This document shows positions 57,423 to 64,000 of a stretch of DNA of 64,000 nt, piece after piece. The notes beneath the pieces are model-generated. The model did no database searches and had not been told where the DNA came from. It saw nothing but the letters and a program-made list of their open reading frames with translations. The DNA comes from Penicillus capitatus (lineage: Eukaryota > Plantae > Chlorophyta). The translations under genes and the position numbers were made by a program. Within the stretch, counting starts at the first letter, position 1, and every line of letters starts with the position of its first letter. Where the stretch lies: the NCBI GenBank assembly GCA_965649825.1, contig OZ287694.1, forward strand, positions 1,885,192-1,949,191. Reading direction: 5' to 3'.

Positions 57423-58578
57423 ATGTTAGTGATTGTTTTCGTGGGGGCTTCTTAACTGTTTTCGGAGTTGGCGGGAAGCGTGGTGTCGCCGAGCGATGTG
57501 ACGCTGCCTCGTTTCTGAGAAGGCCACATCCTGGGGGGGGTCTTGGTTGAATCACCCAAGGCCATTTTCTCTGGTTTTGAGGCTAGGGTGATTCACCTGC
57601 CTCGTCGAGTCGCATCACCATGCGAGTATATAACGCGCAGTTAGAACCACTGAACGCCTTGCTCTGTAACTTGTGAAGTCTTCCGCTGTTATCGTTTTCG
57701 TTCGGCGCCTCCGCGCGACATAAAGTTCAAATCGATGCGCCTCTTCACAATTCTCTCCGTCGGCGCGGAACCTTCCGCTTCCCGAACGCGCATCGTGACG
57801 CACAAACTTCAAGTTTGTGCCGAGGAGGGCGATGTACCGCGTTCCGACACTGACGCCGTCATTTCCCGGCCCCACTTGAAAACGCCACAGCTGGTCGGTG
57901 TTCGTCACTCGGACGGTAGAAGGATTCTTAACGCTTCGCGTCGGACGCCATAGCTGGTTGGGGTTCGTCGCTTGGACGGTAGAAGTATTCTTGACACTTC
58001 TTGCAGAACGGACCTCGGTTGCGACTGCCGTTTCAGTAAACAGCAGCAACAATGCGACAGATGTGAAGGACATCTCCGAAGCGGGCGGCAGGAAATCAAG
58101 GGCCTGCACAAGACAGTCACATCGCCGTGGAAATCTTGGCGACAAACAGTGACAGTTGAATCAGGATTCATGCCTTCTGTCGTGCGAAAGACACGGCGAG
58201 TCGAACTAACGCGCGTAGTGGAAACGAAACAAAACGGAAACACGCAAAGAATTGATTAAATTACACAGCCCGGCCGTTTCCCGGGATGCTGTCGCCCGTC
58301 ACTTTAAACAATGAACGAACGCGCAAGGCGCGTCAGAGAATCTTACTTCTTCGGTGTGTCGAGACTCGTATGGCGTAGAACGTCCTTCGTCTTCCGTCCT
58401 CGCGTTGGTATGGAGATCGTCGCAGAGTCTTCTCACGTCTCCTCGAGTCCATCCCGTCCACTGTAGCTGGTTCACGCGAAAAAAAAAACAAAAAAGGCAA
58501 AAGGCAAAAGGCAAAAGGTAGAGAAAGATGATGAATGGATGAAGCAACCGACGCAGCCTTCTGCGTCAGCAGCTTTAG

Positions 58579-58645
58579 GGCTAGGGTGACTGCTCAGTCG
58601 AGTGACCGAACAGTTTCGACGGCGCCACCCGTCTCATCAGACCCC
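58579..58645 (-). ncRNA. Hammerhead ribozyme C (type I), copy 2
   Basis: Identical by eye to 38849-38915. Confidence 0.93.
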
Positions 58646-58746
58646 TTAAGAGTTTTTGCCGATTTAGCGCTATCCAGTCCCGCCACGAGGAGGCACGGCT
58701 CGACGATGCGTTGGCAAACGCACCGCCGTTGGGACCACATTTTTGT

Positions 58747-59643
58747 GGGGTAATCACGAAATGAAATGAAATGCCATTCTTTTGGGGGGTAATCACGAAA
58801 TGAAATGCCATTCTTTGGTAATCACGAAATGAAATGCCATTCTTTGGTAATCACGAAATGAAATGCCATTCCTTGGTAATCACGAAATGAAATGCCATTC
58901 CTTGGTAATCACGAAATGAAATGCCATTCTTTGGTAATCACGAAATGAAATGCCATTCTTTGGTAATCACGAAATGAAATGCCATTCTTTTGGGGGGTAA
59001 TCACGAAATGAAATGCCATTCTTTTGGGGGGTAATCACGAAATGAAATGCCATTCTTTTGTAATCACGAAATGAAATGCCATTCTTTTGGGGGGTAATCA
59101 CGAAATGAAATGCCATTCTTTTGGGGGGTAATCACGAAATGAAATGCCATTCTTTGGTAATCACGAAATGAAATGCCATTCTTTGGTAATCACGAAATGA
59201 AATGCCATTCTTTGGTAATCACGAAATGAAATGCCATTCTTTGGTAATCACGAAATGAAATGCCATTCTTTGGTAATCACGAAATGAAATGCCATTCTTT
59301 GGTAATCACGAAATGAAATGCCATTCTTTGGTAATCACGAAATGAAATGCCATTCTTTGGTAATCACGAAATGAAATGCCATTCTTTGGTAATCACGAAA
59401 TGAAATGCCATTCTTTGGTAATCACGAAATGAAATGCCATTCTTTGGTAATCACGAAATGAAATGCCATTCTTTGGTAATCACGAAATGAAATGCCATTC
59501 TTTGGTAATCACGAAATGAAATGCCATTCTTTGGTAATCACGAAATGAAATGCCATTCTTTGGTAATCACGAAATGAAATGCCATTCTTTGGTAATCACG
59601 AAAGTGCCTTGGGTAATCACGAAAGTGCCTTGGGTAATCACGA
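58747..59643. repeat. 29/34-bp satellite, expanded copy (roughly 28 units)
   Basis: Same unit as 39017-39424, about twice as long, mostly 29-bp units. Confidence 0.95.
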
Positions 59644-61127
59644 GGATGTCCTTCCTTCCGGGATTCCTCAACCAGGTCGAAGGGAAGGCCCGCCTACGGG
59701 AGGCGGCCTCCCACTTCGCCTTCGGGACTAACGGGTGGGCCCGACGCCGTAGAAGCCGTTCAACAGTCCGCGCCACAACGGTCGCACGATTGCCGCCATC
59801 GACGGCAGCGTCTCATGCGCTGTGTGAAAGGATCTTTTTCGACGGACAACCGAACGACGAGTTCGACGTAGTGGGACCGGAGCTGCGCAACTGTGGGGGA
59901 GTATCTCCCGGAAAGAAGGGCCATCCGAGGATGTCCCCCCGATCCGAGATTCCTCAACCAGGTCGAAGCAAAGGCCGCCTACAGGAGACGACCCTTACCC
60001 CGCCTTCGGGACTAACGGGTGGGCCCGACGCCGCAGAAGCCGCTCAACGGCCCCCGCCACAACCGCCGCACGATTGCCGCCGTTCTCGGCAGCGTCTCAT
60101 GCGCTGTGGTAAGGTCTTCGATAGTACAAAACTTCAATATGACGGACAATCGAACGACGCGTTCGACGCATCCGGACTGGAACTGCGCAACTACGGGGGA
60201 GTATCTCCCGGAAAGAAAGACGAAAAATGGTGCGCGTCATCACTTATATACCCCTTCAGATGATGTGACAGCGTCACATCGTTTTGTCGCGCAATCAGCC
60301 AATCACGACGCGAGTTCAGAGTACCAACCGTCGGAAGAAGAAGCAGGGAGGAAGGCGTCGATGCAGCCGATAGCCAATCACGTTCCGGTTTGGGAATATT
60401 CCATCTGTCACATCAGAATATTCCATCTGTCACATCAGAATATTCCATCTCCGTCGTCGGTTTTTCGTCGATTCGGCCACTCAGCGCGCATCTATGGCAG
60501 TCTAACCGTCCTCAAGGTGACGTTGACAGGGTCGCGTCAACATCCAAGTATTTAAGGGGCACCGCGACGCGCATTTCGTCTTTTGTCGTTTGGGCGGTTC
60601 TACTGGTGGCGTTCTCGCTCGCGGGTTTCGGCTCGGAACTTAAACGCTTTCCGGGGTCAGTGCTGCCACATGCTGTAAGTCGACCAACACGATGCGTTGG
60701 CTGCGGGGAGGCACCCCTCGTGAGCGGGGGAAAGCCGACGATCTTCAGTCACCGCACCGTAGTTGGCGCCTGCGAAGGTCGTTAGACGCTGTATTCGGAA
60801 CTCAGAACGCCTACCGGGCTAGTGCTGCCACATGCTGTAAGTCGACCAACACGGTGCCGTTAGCTATGGGGAGGCACCCCCTCGGGGGCGGGGGGAAACC
60901 GAGGATCTATAACCACCGCACCGTATTGGCGCCTGCGAAGGTCGTTAGACGCTGGACTCGGAGTGTCTAAGGCGCGTTGCGAGGCTTCCCTTCGGGGAAG
61001 CTGATGACCTCCGCACCTGGCTCCGAACTTTGCGCTCCGCCGCACGCTTAAGACATACGGCTCCACTGCGCTAGTGCCACGCCACCTTCGGGTGACGCGT
61101 CGCTGGTTCAGTGGGGAGGGTGGGCTT

Positions 61128-61228
61128 GGGGTCATCCTAGCCGTTCCGGATCTTTCCGGACCGCGTCGAGGGTTTTCGTGCCTCGACGCGAAGGGGTCTG
61201 ACGAGACGGGTGGCGCCGTCGAAACCCT
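61128..61228 (+). ncRNA. Hammerhead ribozyme A (type III topology), copy 3
   Basis: Identical by eye to 40909-41009. Confidence 0.78.
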
Positions 61229-61410
61229 AACTAAGTCTTCCGTTTACGTGTCGTCCGTACCGCGCGCGCTCGAATTACGCGTTTTGTTCTCGCTCTCCGT
61301 GTCGGAGCTCGGTCGATGTCCAGCGCACGGGTAGATCTGCCGACATCGTCCGCGGGTCTTCTTCCTCCGCCGATTCGATGTCGCGTTCGTTCGCGCTGCG
61401 ACGCGGGAAA

Positions 61411-61481
61411 GGGGTCTGATGAGACGGGTGGCGCCGTCGAAACCGCAGAGTGCTTCGTTGCATTCGGCGGTCACCTCAGCC
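61411..61481 (+). ncRNA. Hammerhead ribozyme B (type I), copy 3
   Basis: Identical by eye to 41192-41262. Predicted cut 61472/61473. Confidence 0.92.
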
Positions 61482-64000
61482 AGTCGTTTTTTTTTTCTTT
61501 CTGTCTCTTTATCGCCTATTTGTATCCATGTTTCTGCCTACGTGCGTTAACACTAACTGACCTTCACAACCGATGGCAAGGCGATCTGCATATGTGTGTA
61601 TGTGTGTACACATGCTCCCCGCTCGGCTTTAAAGAAGAATTCTTCGCGCTGTGTCTCTCACTCGTTCGTCCTCCTGCCGTTAAGTGATCTGACCCTAGTT
61701 TGTTCAACGTGATGGTAGACTTGGAGGCGACGCATTTTTTTGGTATTGGAAAGTGGACCTTTGTACCTGCCTAGACCAGAGTGGCAGATCAGCAGTCCTC
61801 TGGATTTCTGACGAGTGGTTCTTAACAGCACATCAACCTTGGCGATCATCAGGACGCCGACGTTGTGCGACACCGTCGTTGCAACGGATAGCGAGCCCGT
61901 GAAGCTTTCGAGTGACCTCATTCTCACAACGTGAACCGGCGATTCTCAAGCTTGCCGTTGCAACGGCGGACTCCATCGCCCGACCGCTTCATTCGCTCTT
62001 GCATCAAGAGAATATCACTCCTCAGCGCTGTCGCCGTCTCCACGTCAAACTACGTTTTAACGGAGCGTTCCGTTCTCCTTCAGGTGGGTGGGTGTCCTGC
62101 AAACAGACGCTGGCTATACACAGTGAGTGACCAGAAGCCCGAGCAAATGCAAGACGGCCCTTGGCCTGTCAAATCAGAAGCGCGCTGATCTCTCTTTGCT
62201 TTCCAGTCGTCACACCACAACAGACAGAACCGGTGGCCATGCTGAGACTGTCCTTTTTTAACATCCCGTCTTCTAGTCGAGACGTTGCGGACCGGAATCG
62301 AACTTCTAGGTGCTCTCCCCTGAGCACTGCTGCATTAGGAGTGAAGATCACCGGGAGTGTCGCGATATAAACCTATGACATGCATTACCGTTTTGGAGTC
62401 CCCGATTCAAGGGACATTGATCGCATCAGAACGCACCGAAGGACCGAAGGAAGGTGTTTGTCGACGAACGCATAACACAGCTTTCTGGTGCAAGATCCGA
62501 CCGAGATCGCAGCTGCATGGGTTTATGTCCCACGAGATTCGAAAGGCCGACACACTCGGTGTGAAGCTAGCCGGCGCCAATCGAGAACAACGAATTCAAG
62601 AACTTCGATTCCTCACTTCCAACGAAACCTCTTTCTTCCCCGCCGCCGACCCTCTTCTGAAGTGTTCCACACTTGGTCGTCGCTCACCGGACTGTTTATT
62701 CATCTGCCAGCGCTTTCAGATGGAGCAGGATCTGTCACGGCTTCGTGCGACTGTTGTCCTCGTTCCCGCAGATCATCCCAGTGCGCGTCGTCGGTCATGG
62801 TCGCATGGATGCGCCAAACGTGCGAAGTCTACAAGAAGACAAATGAATGAATGACTCGGCACGTCGTCGGAATACACGACGTTTAAGTAAGTAACAGGCG
62901 AGAACAGTTCATTATCTACGAGAAAGGCTACGCGGAGCGAGCGACTAGTGCTTTCCCAACTCCGTGCTTCGTTCGCCCTCAGCAACGTCGTCGCGCCAAT
63001 GTCCTTTCAGATCGTCCACGTTTTAGCGCCGGTAACACACTAGACGACAGCAACTCATCATGTCCGACGAGCCAGACAGAGACTATAAAAATTTACTCCT
63101 CTGATGACGATACGAGCAGCTAGCTGGATTCAGACAAGTGAGATAAGAAAACTTCGACGAGCCACACAAAGACTATAGAAATTTACTCCTCTGATGACGA
63201 TACGAGCAGCTAGCTGGATTCAGACAAGTGAGATTAGAAAACTCCGTCGCCGCAAAAACACAGACAGATGTTGTGTCGACGTTTCCGATTTGGCAAGGAA
63301 GCTTTTGGATGCGCTCGTATCGTGGAAGTAGCAGTTGTGTGTGCCCTGACGACGATAAGACAAACAGACAGACGTCGGTAGATGCGACCTGAACATCTGC
63401 CAAGTGTGGCAGCTTCTGGTTGCGTAAGATTGTCTGTTTCTCGTGACTGAAGCGTCAGTCAGGTCGTAACAAGGAAGCCTGTCGCGCGGAGTATGAGGCG
63501 GTTTTTGATGGAATACAAAGGTTACACAATCAACAACTTTTCAAAGGACAAAACGGAGTGAAAAGGTTGCTTACAATCAACTTGTACAGCAAACAGAAAG
63601 AAAGTAACTCGTAAGCAAAGAAGCAGAACAATTCTAATCTAATCTTCTTCTTCCCCCTTTTACTTAACCCTTCAGGTGCGACAGCTCGGACAGTCGTCTA
63701 AGCCGCCGTGCGTGGTCGGTCTTGAAGTGAGAGGTGAACGGGAGAGCCGGTGCGTCATAGGTGTTCTCTGAAAGACTTATGCCAGAATGGATAGAGACAT
63801 TCACGAAGAGGTCACAGTACTCGGCCAGTCTTCCGAACCCCCCCCAAATGCGTTCGGTAGTTTCTCAATCTCTCTCCGCGCCTGCTCGAAGAGAACGAAC
63901 AGCTCTCTAGCCGGTGAGGCAGAGGGAGAGGGGGTTCCACTGTTAGTTATGACTCTCCCATCCAGTGGGTTTGAAGAGTGGGAGAGAGGACCACTGGCCG

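Larger units (their letters stand above)
55037..57720 (+). mobile_element. Non-autonomous (pol-less) LTR retroelement, TGTCGCC family
   Basis: LTRs 55037-55272 and 57484-57720 differ only in a G-run length by eye. TSD TAAAG at 55032-55036 and 57721-57725. PBS TGGTTTCGGAGC at 55273-55284; purine-rich tract before the 3' LTR. The empty site is visible at about 37999-38003. Confidence 0.95.
54337..58073 (-). pseudogene. Second copy of the fascin/aerolysin-like gene, inactivated
   Basis: Interrupted by the 55037-57720 LTR element and carries a +1 C at about 54941-54945 relative to copy 1. Confidence 0.9.
52156..64000. repeat. Near-identical segmental duplication, second copy (runs off the window)
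   Basis: Matches 35125-43698 apart from the 55037-57720 insertion, a longer satellite and a ~90-bp tandem duplication near 63067-63240. Confidence 0.95.

Overview
Eukaryotic nuclear DNA with short GT-AG introns (about 55-70 nt). An alga or protist is plausible, but the organism cannot be identified from this window. The window is repeat-rich and heavily duplicated. Host genes: three ankyrin-TRP-type cation channel genes (one split by a retrotransposon) plus a fourth TRP fragment; a secreted fascin-like beta-trefoil / aerolysin-like protein (one intact copy, one disrupted copy, one relic); a HEAT-repeat exon; a decayed PIG-O gene. Mobile DNA: an intact, very recent Ty3/Gypsy element (340-bp LTRs, GTTAT target-site duplication [TSD]); a family of TGTCGCC...GACA LTR elements, comprising two solo LTRs that carry a reading frame under purifying selection and a pol-less element encoding a coiled-coil/zinc-knuckle protein; and a TRIM-like element nested in that pol-less element. 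The most striking feature is a multicopy unit of about 8.5 kb (three copies, two cut by the window edges). It holds a putative bidirectional promoter, tandemly duplicated structured-RNA modules, satellites, an orphan intronless ORF and hammerhead ribozymes (eight in the window): a plus-strand pair that would excise a 336-339 nt RNA and a divergent minus-strand one. No reverse transcriptase for this unit is visible. All folds, alignments and counts were done by eye and need computational confirmation.
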